Assembly (NCBI GenBank): GCA_035656355.1
Contig: DASRSR010000194.1
Span: 2,691-66,690, forward strand
DNA: 64,000 nt
Source: Edaphobacter sp.
Lineage (GTDB): Bacteria > Acidobacteriota > Terriglobia > Terriglobales > Acidobacteriaceae
Direction: 5' to 3'
The translations under genes were made by a program, and so were the position numbers. The notes under the pieces were generated by a model that was not told the DNA's origin, did no database searches, and worked only from the letters and a program-made list of their open reading frames with translations. This document shows, one piece after another, positions 46,996 to 56,551 of the stretch (its first letter is position 1; every line of letters begins with the position of its first letter).

Positions 46996-47619
46996 ATGGA
47001 CGTTGAATACACGGGCAGACAGATAAGTATTACGAAAAAGCTAAAGGAACTGACAGAAGCGGGCGTAGAACGAATCACAAAGATCGTAGGAAAGTCAGGC
47101 AACGTACATGTAATTTTGTCCACCGATAAATACCGCAAAAAAGCCGAAGTGACCGTGCAGACGAGAAATCAGAAACTGGTGGCGATCTGCGAATCGACGG
47201 ATATGGTAACGGCTTTGCGGGAGGCATTGGTCAAGATTGAGCAGCAGGCGATTCGGCATAAGAAGCGGAAGATGTCGATCAAGCGTCATGGAAAGAATGA
47301 CGTGGAAGCTGTGACTGCGGAGATTGAAATTCCTGTCCCTCCTGAAAAGCCTGTCACCAAAGTTTCTGCAAAGAGCAGCAATGGCAGGAAGGCTGTTCCC
47401 ATGCTGGTGCACTCTTTTCCATCGCACTCTCCGTTAGCGGAGCCGCATGTGGTCCGCTCAGCCGACAGTGTGGCCATGCGCCCTATGTCGATTGAGGAGG
47501 CTGTGAAAGAGGCGGCATTCCGCGACCGCGATGTCTTTGTCTTCCGCGATCCAGGTGGTCAGGCCATGGTGCTGCACCGTAAACGCGATGGCAAAATGGA
47601 GTTGATTGAGGTTCCGTAG
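46996..47619 (+). CDS. hpf: Ribosome hibernation promoting factor, long form
   Basis: VEYTGRQ N-domain plus C-domain RPMSIEEAV..FVFRD..VLHRKRDG. Confidence 0.88.
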   Translation: MDVEYTGRQISITKKLKELTEAGVERITKIVGKSGNVHVILSTDKYRKKAEVTVQTRNQKLVAICESTDMVTALREALVKIEQQAIRHKKRKMSIKRHGKNDVEAVTAEIEIPVPPEKPVTKVSAKSSNGRKAVPMLVHSFPSHSPLAEPHVVRSADSVAMRPMSIEEAVKEAAFRDRDVFVFRDPGGQAMVLHRKRDGKMELIEVP

Positions 47620-47673
47620 GCCCTCTTTGCCGGTATGGAGCCTACGTTTGCAGAGGAATGCTAGGATTTCTTC

Positions 47674-48582
47674 ATGCCACGCAAGACAGCTAAAAAGACC
47701 CGGCGAAAATCAAGTAGAGCAGATAGCAACGGTGGTGAGCTGGTTATCCTGACAGGGTTATCGGGTTCAGGAAAGCTCTCTGCATTGAAGGCCTTTGAAG
47801 ACCTTGGTTTCTATTCGGTAGATAACCTACCGTTGGATTTGGTGCCGCGCTTCGCCGATCTGGTGCGACAGTCGGCTGAGATCGAACGCGCTGCGCTGGT
47901 CGTGGATGTTCGCGAAGGTATACGCCTTGATGAATTTCCTACGATCCTCAAAAAAGTGCGCCGAGTGCTTCCGACACGGGTATTGTTTCTGGAAGCAAGC
48001 GAAGAAGCGCTGATCCGACGCTTTTCCGAGACGCGACGACCGCATCCGATGGGCCGTACAGATACAGTCGTCAAATCGATTCGGGCAGAGCGGAAACGGC
48101 TAGACCCAATACGGAATGTTGCCGACATTGTGTTGGATACAACAAAGTTCAATGTGCATGATCTTCGTGCGCACATTAACGCTCAGTTTGAACGTGAGGC
48201 TGGCGACCAGAACCTGACCATCTCTTCGATCAGCTTTGGCTTCAAAAACGGTGTGCCATCGGAGGCCGACCTTGTATTCGATGTGCGCTTTCTGCCTAAT
48301 CCGCACTTTGTGCCGGAGTTCCGTAAGCTGACGGGCAGACATCCGAAGGTGGCAAAGTACGTCCGGGATTTTCCGCAGACAGCAGAGTTTCTGGATAAGA
48401 CGACGGATATGCTCAAATTCCTTTTGCCGCACTACATCAAGGAAGGAAAGAGCTATCTGACGGTGGCATTTGGCTGCACTGGCGGTCAGCACCGGTCGGT
48501 ATTCATTGCGGAAGAGATGAAGAAGCGGCTGACGGCAGCAGGCTATCGAGTGAAGACCTCCCATCGCGATATGCCGCGATAG
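47674..48582 (+). CDS. rapZ: RNase adapter RapZ (YhbJ)
   Basis: TGLSGSGK, DNLP, SFGFKNG, DVRFLPNPHF, GCTGGQHRSV. Confidence 0.95.
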   Translation: MPRKTAKKTRRKSSRADSNGGELVILTGLSGSGKLSALKAFEDLGFYSVDNLPLDLVPRFADLVRQSAEIERAALVVDVREGIRLDEFPTILKKVRRVLPTRVLFLEASEEALIRRFSETRRPHPMGRTDTVVKSIRAERKRLDPIRNVADIVLDTTKFNVHDLRAHINAQFEREAGDQNLTISSISFGFKNGVPSEADLVFDVRFLPNPHFVPEFRKLTGRHPKVAKYVRDFPQTAEFLDKTTDMLKFLLPHYIKEGKSYLTVAFGCTGGQHRSVFIAEEMKKRLTAAGYRVKTSHRDMPR

Positions 48583-48637
48583 TCCAATAGAATAGTGAGA
48601 TGCGCATCGCAATGAAGATAGCCGGGAGAGTCGTGGC

Positions 48638-50491
48638 GTGAGGCGCATCTGGCGATTGCTGCTCTACGTGCGGCCTTATGTGCTGTACTCGCTGGTGTCG
48701 GTCGTTCTTATGGCCGTCGTAGGCGCGATGGCGGCGTTTCGCCTGTTGCTGGTCAAACCTATCTTCGACAACGTGCTGTCGCCACAGACCTCAAAAAATC
48801 CTCTGGTATTTCCAGTCCCTCATTTGGGCTGGACGGTTGATCTGAGCTTCCTTGTTCCGAGTCATTTTCACAACGCCTGGACCATCGTTGCCTATGCGCT
48901 GGTCGTCTCTGCGCTGCTGAAGTCGGTATGCGACTATACCGGCACTTACCTAGTGAATTATGCCGGGTTCGGCATGATTACCGACCTGCGCAACGATCTC
49001 TATGACGCCATTCTGCGACGCTCTATCGCGTTTTTCCAAAAGCACACGACCGGCACGCTGCTTTCGACACTAATTAATGACATTGAGCGCGTGCAGTATG
49101 CGATGTCTACGGTGTTGAGTGACTTTCTGCAACAACTGTTTACACTGCTCTTCACCATTGGGGTAGTAATCGTCGTCGGCGGAAGGCTTGCCTGGGTACT
49201 GCTGTTGTTTGTGCCAATTGTGATCTCGTCGGCGCGCCGCATTGGCCGCGGCGTTCGGCACACGACACGGAAAGGGCAGGACAAGCTGGCGGAGATTCAG
49301 AACATCCTTCACGAAACGATCACCGGCAATCGTATTGTGAAGGCTTTCGGAATGGAGCTGTGGGAGACGAACCGCTTCCGTCGCGCCGCGGAGCGCCTCT
49401 TCCAGGCGAACCTTAAATCGGTGAGCGTTCAGGCCATCAGCTCGCCGCTGATGGATGCTTTGGGTTCCGTTGGAATTGCATTGCTGCTGCTTTTTGGCCG
49501 CGAGCGCATTTTGCATCACGAGATGACGGCGGGCTCATTCGTCACTTTTCTGATTGCGGTCTTTACGCTCTATGATCCGGTCCGCAAATTTGCTCTCTTC
49601 TACAACAGCTTCCAGCAGGCGCTCGGCGCTAGCGAAGACATCTTCAAATTTATGGATGCTCAGGACGATGTGCAGGAGAAGAAGAGAGCGCACGTTCTTA
49701 AGAGCTTCAGCAAGGAAATCTGTTTTGAGCATGTAGGCTTCGCCTACGAAAGCGAAGGTGAGAAGGTACAGGTATTGCACGACATCAATTTCACTGTTTG
49801 TCCGGGTGAAGTTCTCGCCTTTGTCGGGCCAAGTGGAGCGGGGAAATCCTCGCTGGTGAACCTGATTCCACGGTTCTTCGATGTGAACGAAGGGCGGATT
49901 CTCATTGATGGATACGATCTTCGCGACGTAACGATCTCATCGCTGAGAAAGCAGATCGGTAAGGTTACGCAGGAGACGGTGCTGTTCAACGATACAGTGC
50001 GCAACAACATTGCTTATGGTCAGCCAGATGTTCCGATGAGCAAGGTGGAGGAAGCGGCGCGCATGGCGCTGGCGCATGATTTCATTATGAAGCTGCCCGA
50101 AGGCTACCAGACTCGCATTGGGGAAAAAGGAGTTCGGCTGAGCGGTGGCGAACGGCAACGGTTGGCGATTGCGCGGGCAATTCTGAAGAATGCGCCAATT
50201 CTGATTCTGGATGAAGCGACCTCCGCTTTGGACATGGAAAGCGAGCATCTGGTACAGGCCGCACTGGCGAACCTGATGAAAGGACGCACCGTGTTTGTGA
50301 TTGCGCATCGGCTCTCTACGGTTCGCCGCGCCACGCGGATTGCCGTGCTGGAAAGTGGAAAAATCACAGAGATGGGGACGCACGAAGAGCTATTGCTGCA
50401 GTCCGGCACGTATCGGCGGCTTTATGATTTGCAGTTCAGCAACGAAGAGACACAGAGCGAAGCCGCATCAGCGGCGGAAGGAATGGCATGA
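48638..50491 (+). CDS. msbA: ABC exporter, MsbA-like
   Basis: TMD+NBD fusion; GPSGAGKS, LSGGERQR, DEATSALD; LPS-gene neighbourhood. Confidence 0.8.
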   Translation: MRRIWRLLLYVRPYVLYSLVSVVLMAVVGAMAAFRLLLVKPIFDNVLSPQTSKNPLVFPVPHLGWTVDLSFLVPSHFHNAWTIVAYALVVSALLKSVCDYTGTYLVNYAGFGMITDLRNDLYDAILRRSIAFFQKHTTGTLLSTLINDIERVQYAMSTVLSDFLQQLFTLLFTIGVVIVVGGRLAWVLLLFVPIVISSARRIGRGVRHTTRKGQDKLAEIQNILHETITGNRIVKAFGMELWETNRFRRAAERLFQANLKSVSVQAISSPLMDALGSVGIALLLLFGRERILHHEMTAGSFVTFLIAVFTLYDPVRKFALFYNSFQQALGASEDIFKFMDAQDDVQEKKRAHVLKSFSKEICFEHVGFAYESEGEKVQVLHDINFTVCPGEVLAFVGPSGAGKSSLVNLIPRFFDVNEGRILIDGYDLRDVTISSLRKQIGKVTQETVLFNDTVRNNIAYGQPDVPMSKVEEAARMALAHDFIMKLPEGYQTRIGEKGVRLSGGERQRLAIARAILKNAPILILDEATSALDMESEHLVQAALANLMKGRTVFVIAHRLSTVRRATRIAVLESGKITEMGTHEELLLQSGTYRRLYDLQFSNEETQSEAASAAEGMA

Positions 50492-51393
50492 GTGTTACCT
50501 ATTCGATGACCGGATATGCCAGCCTGCGCGGCTCTACAAAGGAGCAACTGGGCTTTACTTTATCTATCAAAAGCGTTAATCATCGCTTCCTTGATCTTCA
50601 GTTCCGCATGCCATCGCTTTGCGATGGACTTGAGATGCAGCTACGACGTGTGCTGAAAGAAAAGCTGCAGCGCGGTCATGTGGACGTAACGCTTCAACTG
50701 GAGCGCAAGGGGAATGCTCAGGTTCAATTGAATGCGCCTCTGCTCGATGCATATCTCCGCGCCTTTCGTGAGGCTTCAGCAGAGCATGATCTAACCGGCG
50801 AACCGGACCTGAACTCTATATTGCGTTTGCCTGGCTTGATGGTCGCTGATAGCAGCTTGAATGAAGAGGCATTGGAAGGTCTGGATGAGTCGGTTCTGGC
50901 CTTGATTGATGAGCTTATCGAGCGGTTGAACGAAGGCCGCGCGAAAGAAGGCGAGGCTTTGGTTGCCGAGCTGCGGTGGTCGATGCAACGTTTGGAAGCG
51001 GCAGCAGCGGAGGTTGCGGAGCTGCGAAGCGAGGTGCGGCAAACCTTGTTCGATAGGCTTCGTGCGCGACTAGCTGAGCTGACGGAAAACACGTCGGTCA
51101 CGGAGGAGAGGCTTCTTGCCGAAGCAGCGGTGCTGGCGGAAAAGAGCGATGTGGAGGAAGAGATTGTCCGGTTGCGGACGCACATCGGGCATTTTATTGC
51201 ATTGCTGGATGCAGGCGGCGAATTAGGCAAACGTCTGGATTTTCTCCTGCAGGAGCTGAACCGCGAAGCGAATACGATGTTGTCGAAGACGAGCAGCGCT
51301 TCTGGAACCAATGGTCTGCGGATCACGGAGCTGGGGCTCGAGATGAAGGCAGAGATTGAGAAGGCGCGGGAGCAGGTTCAGAATCTGGAGTAA
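50488..51393 (+). CDS. YicC/YloC-family endoribonuclease
   Basis: SMTGYA, KSVNHRFLD, DVEEEIVRL, GKRLDFLLQELNREANT, REQVQNLE. Confidence 0.93.
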   Translation: MSVTYSMTGYASLRGSTKEQLGFTLSIKSVNHRFLDLQFRMPSLCDGLEMQLRRVLKEKLQRGHVDVTLQLERKGNAQVQLNAPLLDAYLRAFREASAEHDLTGEPDLNSILRLPGLMVADSSLNEEALEGLDESVLALIDELIERLNEGRAKEGEALVAELRWSMQRLEAAAAEVAELRSEVRQTLFDRLRARLAELTENTSVTEERLLAEAAVLAEKSDVEEEIVRLRTHIGHFIALLDAGGELGKRLDFLLQELNREANTMLSKTSSASGTNGLRITELGLEMKAEIEKAREQVQNLE

Positions 51394-51426
51394 ATAACGC
51401 TGCGTGGGCAGCGCGTTCGAGGACGG

Positions 51427-52086
51427 ATGGCAGGCATACTTTTTATTATTTCGGCGCCTTCAGGCTCAGGAAAATCAACGCTGGTCAGCCAGTTGCGAAC
51501 GCTGGTGGAGGGGCTGGATTTCTCCATTTCTTATACAACGCGCGCTCCTCGCGGGTCGGAGGAGAACGGACGCGAATACCACTTCACCAGTCGCCAGGAG
51601 TTTGAGCGCATGATTGCAGCGGGAGATTTTCTGGAGTGGGCCGAGGTTTTCGGTAACTACTATGGAACGGCGCTTTCCGCGTTGGACCGTGCACGGGAGG
51701 CCGGAAAGGACCTGCTGCTGGACATCGATGTGCAGGGCGCGCTACAGGTGATGAAAAAGCTGCCTGAAGCGGTGTCGATCTTCATTATGCCGCCAAGTCC
51801 GCAGGTGCTGGAGATGCGCTTGCGGAACCGCAGTGAAGCAGAGCATATGACCTCTGAGGCGGTGATTGAAGGCCGGTTGGCCGAAGCGCGCAATGAACTA
51901 AAACGCATCGGAGACTACAAATACGCGCTGGTCAATGATGTACTTGATCAGGCGGTAGCGGAGATGCGGGCAATCGTCCTGTTTGAGCGAGGAGTGCGCG
52001 ACGGAGTGCAGGCGCTGGCCGAGAGCTGCCGAACCAATGCTGCCTCGCCCAGATTAAAAAGCGCGTTGAAGACATTTGGAGAATAA
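51427..52086 (+). CDS. gmk: Guanylate kinase
   Basis: SAPSGSGKST, SYTTRAPR, NYYGT, LDIDVQG. Confidence 0.97.
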   Translation: MAGILFIISAPSGSGKSTLVSQLRTLVEGLDFSISYTTRAPRGSEENGREYHFTSRQEFERMIAAGDFLEWAEVFGNYYGTALSALDRAREAGKDLLLDIDVQGALQVMKKLPEAVSIFIMPPSPQVLEMRLRNRSEAEHMTSEAVIEGRLAEARNELKRIGDYKYALVNDVLDQAVAEMRAIVLFERGVRDGVQALAESCRTNAASPRLKSALKTFGE

Positions 52087-52279
52087 TGGACGTGTTGGAG
52101 TAATCTTCCTGTTATTGCGATGCGGTAGATTTTCGAGGAGCGTCCGTTTTCCTTGAGAGAAAACGACCATGAGTCCTGAGGTCTTCCGAGACATCCACAG
52201 GAAATTGCTCTATCCACACATAATTTGTGTGGGCTACCAGGGCTGTGCTGAGTTAGATTCTGTTTACGGAGGAAGACGC

Positions 52280-52489
52280 ATGACGGCTGACAACACTCTC
52301 CACAATAAATACAGTCTGGTAAAGGGCGCGGCACGGCGGGCTCGGCAGTTGCAGTCCGGGGCTTCGCCTCTGATCGTGGCCAAGTCGATGAAGGCTTGCC
52401 GCGTGGCTCAGCAGGAGATTGAGCAGGGGCATGTGAAGTTTGTTCTACCGGAAAAGCCAGAGACGCCAACGCTCGATCACACCCACTGA
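52280..52489 (+). CDS. rpoZ: RNA polymerase omega subunit
   Basis: NKYSLVKGAARRARQL, AQQEIEQG; follows gmk; GGAGG RBS. Confidence 0.9.
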   Translation: MTADNTLHNKYSLVKGAARRARQLQSGASPLIVAKSMKACRVAQQEIEQGHVKFVLPEKPETPTLDHTH

Positions 52490-52509
52490 CGACGCGATAG
52501 CATAGAGCC

Positions 52510-53382
52510 ATGGCAGCAGATGCGCAGGACGAACTGCGGGCGTATGTCGAGTACCTCCGCGATATGGGCATTCGTGACTTCTATCGCCGTGGCGAACCGC
52601 TTGAGCCTATGGCGGCGACTCCAATCGTTGAGGTGGCATCTCCTCAGATGCCAGAGCTTCTTATTGTGCCGCCGCAGCCTCTTCCAGTGCCGGTTGCTCC
52701 ACCTCCAGCTCCATCGCCGCTAAGCGGATTTCAGGAGAGTTCCATTCCCAAATTGATCAGTTTTGATGATCTTGCTCCTTTACCGCAGGAACGTATTCCG
52801 GTTTCTGAGAGAGCGGCCGCGTTGCAGGCTATCCATGAAGAGATTGGCGACTGCACACGGTGTCCGCTGGCCTACGCGGGGCGCCGCAACATTGTTTTTG
52901 GTGAAGGCGATCCGGGCGCGCGGCTGATGTTTGTCGGTGAAGGACCGGGCGCGGACGAGGATACGTCTGGGCGTCCGTTTGTAGGTAAGGCCGGACAGTT
53001 ACTGAACAATATGATTACGGCGATGGGCCTGAAGCGGGAAGAGGTTTATATCGCCAATATTGTGAAGTGCCGTCCACCTGGGAACCGCGTTCCCGAACCG
53101 GTTGAGGCGAATACCTGCACTCAGTTTCTAGTGAAGCAGGTGGATGTAGTGCAGCCAGAGGTCATCGTGGCACTTGGGGCAACAGCAGCGACGTATTTGT
53201 TGGGGGTGAAGCGGTCGCTGGCGGCGCTGCGCGGCCATTGGCATAGTTGTCGCGGCGCGAAGCTGGCAGTAACCTACCATCCAGCTTTTCTGCTGCGCGA
53301 TCCGAGACAGAAGGCAGAAGCCTGGAAGGACCTGCAGATGGTGATGAAGGAGATGGGACTGAAGACACCGGCAAAGGGGTAG
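52510..53382 (+). CDS. Uracil-DNA glycosylase family 4 (Fe-S)
   Basis: CTRC, GEGPG, GRPFVG, NIVKCRPP, TYHPAFLLR. Confidence 0.93.
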   Translation: MAADAQDELRAYVEYLRDMGIRDFYRRGEPLEPMAATPIVEVASPQMPELLIVPPQPLPVPVAPPPAPSPLSGFQESSIPKLISFDDLAPLPQERIPVSERAAALQAIHEEIGDCTRCPLAYAGRRNIVFGEGDPGARLMFVGEGPGADEDTSGRPFVGKAGQLLNNMITAMGLKREEVYIANIVKCRPPGNRVPEPVEANTCTQFLVKQVDVVQPEVIVALGATAATYLLGVKRSLAALRGHWHSCRGAKLAVTYHPAFLLRDPRQKAEAWKDLQMVMKEMGLKTPAKG

Positions 53383-53383
53383 G

Positions 53384-53445
53384 TCCCCTCCCCCGTACTT
53401 AAGTACCAAAGTCTTCAAAAAAGGTAAGTTAAGTCTGAACTTGGT
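53384..53445. repeat. Probable intergenic repeat (CCCCTCCCCC...CAAAGTCTTCAAAA type)
   Basis: Single copy in this window; called only on recalled resemblance to acidobacterial repeats. Confidence 0.3.
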
Positions 53446-53550
53446 AGTACCCTCAACCTGCGTTGGTGGGTTGTAACCTTCGATTGCCCAAATCAAGAGA
53501 AGAGTGCATGAGCTTCCGACGAACTCTTGAAAAGTGACTTTAGGAACACA

Positions 53551-53715
53551 TTAGAGGTTGAGTCTCAGGAGTCTTGCATTCATCTTGGCGTCGGCGATGC
53601 GGCGTGCGCGCGCCTTGTCCTGCGCTGCTTTCCATCGCTCTCCCGACAGAATGAACGGGAGAAGCATGACTGCAAAAGATACGAAGATGCTTACAAAGAT
53701 GGCTAGTGCCTTCAT
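53551..53715 (-). CDS. Small single-TM protein (54 aa, absent from the ORF track)
   Basis: MKALAIFVSIFVSFAVMLLPFILSGERWKAAQDKARARRIADAKMNARLLRLNL; CAGGAG RBS. Confidence 0.6.
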   Translation of the reverse strand: MKALAIFVSIFVSFAVMLLPFILSGERWKAAQDKARARRIADAKMNARLLRLNL

Positions 53716-53839
53716 GTCAATCTCCTGCGAACAGTCCTTCTACTGTTTCCATTATAGCTGGTGGGACTATGTGAATCGTCACTTTGATGTTATGTGCTTG
53801 AAGGATTTAGAGGATGAAGGGGCTTGACAGGGTTAGGAG

Positions 53840-54037
53840 GCGCGCTTTCAGCGCTTGTACTTGTATAGGTTAGTCCCTGGGGTTTCGCGCCATTGGCGCT
53901 TACGGCTGTACTGGTTTGGTGGTTTGTTCATTCCCACCCATCGCGACGATGATGCTGTCGCGATGAATGGGGCATCCGGGCAGGAGTGGGATTAAAGACC
54001 AATGCAGATCCTCCCGCCTTCGGCGGAAAGATGACAA
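53840..54037. repeat. REP cluster (families E, B and C)
   Basis: CGCGCTTTCAGCGCT; CCCACCCATCGCGACGATGATGCTGTCGCGATGAATGGGGCATCCGG (53933-53979); GCAGATCCTCC..AAGATGACAA (54004-54037). Confidence 0.75.
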
Positions 54038-54075
54038 CAAAAAGAGAGTAAGTCTTCCCGTTTAGTAGCGGAGAG

Positions 54076-54738
54076 TTATGGGGGAGGAATTCGGACGGTG
54101 TTGGCGCGGCAGGTGCGGATGGGGCCGCAAGCGACTGGTTTTAGTGATTTGTCCATACATACTTCGATGGCGGTGAGGTAGTTATTTCCGCAGCTCAGAG
54201 CGAGGCTGGCGCGGGGTAGAGAGGGATTGGCCTGAGTGAAGAGATCGAGTATTCGGTCAGGAGGCATGGAGGTCTGGTGGCGGAGTGAGGTGAGCTGCGC
54301 GGGAACAGCGATGCTGTGCACTGCCTTGCGGGCCAGATGGAAGAAGGCGTCGGGTGTGAGGCCGGAACAGGTTCCGTGAGTGCGCCACTCGTGCTCAAGC
54401 AGGCCGGTATCGGGATAGATGTCGGTGTACTGTGAGGGATCGGCAGGGCCGGAAGCAGGGGAACATTTCTCGGGATAAGTGCCGTTGAAGTTTTGCGGCC
54501 ACAGGCCATGCAAGGTGAAGGCGCGGTGCTGAGCGCACTGGGTTGCATTCGGATGGCTGTAGCAAAACTCCGGCCACCAGGAGAGGTTGAGGAGATAGTA
54601 GTCGAAGGCTGGAGATTTCGCTTCGGTGGAGGGAAGGGCATGTGGATGCTGACGCGCAGACGATTGTGCGGGCTGTTGTTTGCAGCCACCAAGCATGATC
54701 AGCAGAATGGCGAATGATATTACTGCCGTTTTCTTCAT
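54076..54738 (-). CDS. Ribonuclease T2 family lipoprotein
   Basis: CAS I FTLHGLWPQ, CAS II HEWRTHGTC, lipobox LGGC. Confidence 0.92.
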   Translation of the reverse strand: MKKTAVISFAILLIMLGGCKQQPAQSSARQHPHALPSTEAKSPAFDYYLLNLSWWPEFCYSHPNATQCAQHRAFTLHGLWPQNFNGTYPEKCSPASGPADPSQYTDIYPDTGLLEHEWRTHGTCSGLTPDAFFHLARKAVHSIAVPAQLTSLRHQTSMPPDRILDLFTQANPSLPRASLALSCGNNYLTAIEVCMDKSLKPVACGPIRTCRANTVRIPPP

Positions 54739-54830
54739 TGCACTGGACAGCATAAACGAAATCACATAAGTTGCTGCTGATAGATAAAACTAGTTTTTAA
54801 TGTTGTCTGTTTATCGTGGAGATCTATAAG

Positions 54831-55051
54831 GCGCGCTTTCAGCGCTTCGATTGGTGCGGTGTCGTGTACCTGGGGCTGCGCCCCAGGCTGGTATAAAACG
54901 GGCCTTCGGCCCTAAAAGACGAGCAAATATCTGTCAGGAAAATTGCTCAATGGAATTGAAAAAGCGTCGGTCAGTAAGAACTGTTCCTCAGGGGCTAAAG
55001 CCCCATTGGTTTTTCTCCTGGCTGCGGCACGGCTGAAGCCGTGCCCTTAAC
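54831..55051. repeat. REP cluster (families E and A)
   Basis: GCGCGCTTTCAGCGCT..CCTGGGGCTGCGCCCCAGG..GGGCCTTCGGCCCT; CTCAGGGGCTAAAGCCCC..CGGCACGGCTGAAGCCGTGCCCTTAAC. Confidence 0.8.
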
Positions 55052-55204
55052 GAGAGATGTAAGTGAGACGTTAATGCCTATAGCTCAGGTCGCTGGGCTA
55101 GGTGTTCTTAACGAGAGGGGCTCAAGCAAAACATTAGTGGCACGGCTGAATTGAAAGCTGTAAAGCACCAAACTTTTCAATATCGCTAAAACGAGGAGGA
55201 TTGA

Positions 55205-56551
55205 ATGGCAGTCAGAGTTGATCGAAGGACTTTTATAAAGACAGCGAGCGTTGCAGTGGCAGGATCGCATTTACAGATGCTCGCTGAACCTTTGCAGGAA
55301 GCGGCTCGGCCAAGGTCAGCCAATGACCACATTCAGATTGCGCTAATCGGTGCGGGAATTCGCGGCCAGGCAGACGCAAAGGTTGCGGCACAGGTGCCGG
55401 GAGTGAAGATCGTTGCCGTTGCTGACTGTTACGATGGACGGCTGACGCACAGCAAAGAGCTGTGGGGCAGCGATGTGTTTACCACGCGCGACTATAGCCA
55501 GATTCTGTCGCGGAGCGATGTCGATGCAGTGATTATTGCGACGCCCGACCACTGGCATAAAAAAGCAGCCATTGATGCGATGAAGGCGGGCAAGGATGTT
55601 TATTGCGAGAAGCCGATGATTCATCTGTACTCCGATGGGCCGGAGATTATCGAGACGGCTCGCTCGACGAAACGAATTATTCAGATTGGAAGCCAGAGGG
55701 TCAGCTCGATTCTGTATGCGAAGGCAAAGGAGCGGCTGGCCGCGGGAGCGATTGGCGAACTGAACATGGTGACGGGGCGATGGGACCGGAACTCTTCGCT
55801 TGGCGCGTGGAACTACTCGGTGCCGCTGGATGCCAGCACAGAGACCTGCGACTGGCCGCGCTTTCTGGGGACGGCACCCAAGATTCCGTTCAACGCGGAA
55901 CGGTTCTTCCAGTGGCGTAAGTGGACGGACTACGGCAGCGGAGCGGCGGGCGATCTGTTTGTGCATCTGTTCAGCGGAACCCACTTCGTGACCGGATCGC
56001 ATGGCCCGACGCGGGCGATGGCGACGGGCGGCCTGCGCTTCTGGAAGGATGGGCGCAATGTTCCGGACGTGCTGCTGGCGCTGTTCGATTATCCCGAGGG
56101 CTTCAACCTGAGTCTGCGCGTGAACTTTGTGGATGGAGGCGCGGAGAGTGAAGGAATTCTGTTTACGGGTTCTGAGGGAACGATGGAGATTACCGGAAAT
56201 GCGGTTGTCGTAAACCGAGTGCCGCGTCAGAAGGAGCCGGGTTACACGGTCAATACCTTTGCGGATGCGATGCAGAGGGAGTACATCGCAAAGTACCGGC
56301 AGAAGTATCCGGTAGAGCATCCGACAGGCGCGCCGCCGGTGGGTACGGAGAAGTTTGTCGCGCCTGATGGGTACAACGATACCTATGACCACTTCCGCAA
56401 CTTCTTTGACGCGATGCGTACGCGCAGGCCGGTAGTAGAAGATGCGGAGTTCGGTTTTCGCGCGGCAGGAGCAGCGCTGTTGAGTAATCTGAGCATGGAA
56501 AAGGGAAGTGTGATTCACTGGGACCCGAACGCGATGAAGGTGGTGTCATGA
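55205..56551 (+). CDS. Gfo/Idh/MocA NAD(P)-dependent oxidoreductase, Tat-exported
   Basis: DRRTFIK, IGAGIRG, ATPDHWH, YCEKP, GSQR, GDLFVH. Confidence 0.92.
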   Translation: MAVRVDRRTFIKTASVAVAGSHLQMLAEPLQEAARPRSANDHIQIALIGAGIRGQADAKVAAQVPGVKIVAVADCYDGRLTHSKELWGSDVFTTRDYSQILSRSDVDAVIIATPDHWHKKAAIDAMKAGKDVYCEKPMIHLYSDGPEIIETARSTKRIIQIGSQRVSSILYAKAKERLAAGAIGELNMVTGRWDRNSSLGAWNYSVPLDASTETCDWPRFLGTAPKIPFNAERFFQWRKWTDYGSGAAGDLFVHLFSGTHFVTGSHGPTRAMATGGLRFWKDGRNVPDVLLALFDYPEGFNLSLRVNFVDGGAESEGILFTGSEGTMEITGNAVVVNRVPRQKEPGYTVNTFADAMQREYIAKYRQKYPVEHPTGAPPVGTEKFVAPDGYNDTYDHFRNFFDAMRTRRPVVEDAEFGFRAAGAALLSNLSMEKGSVIHWDPNAMKVVS

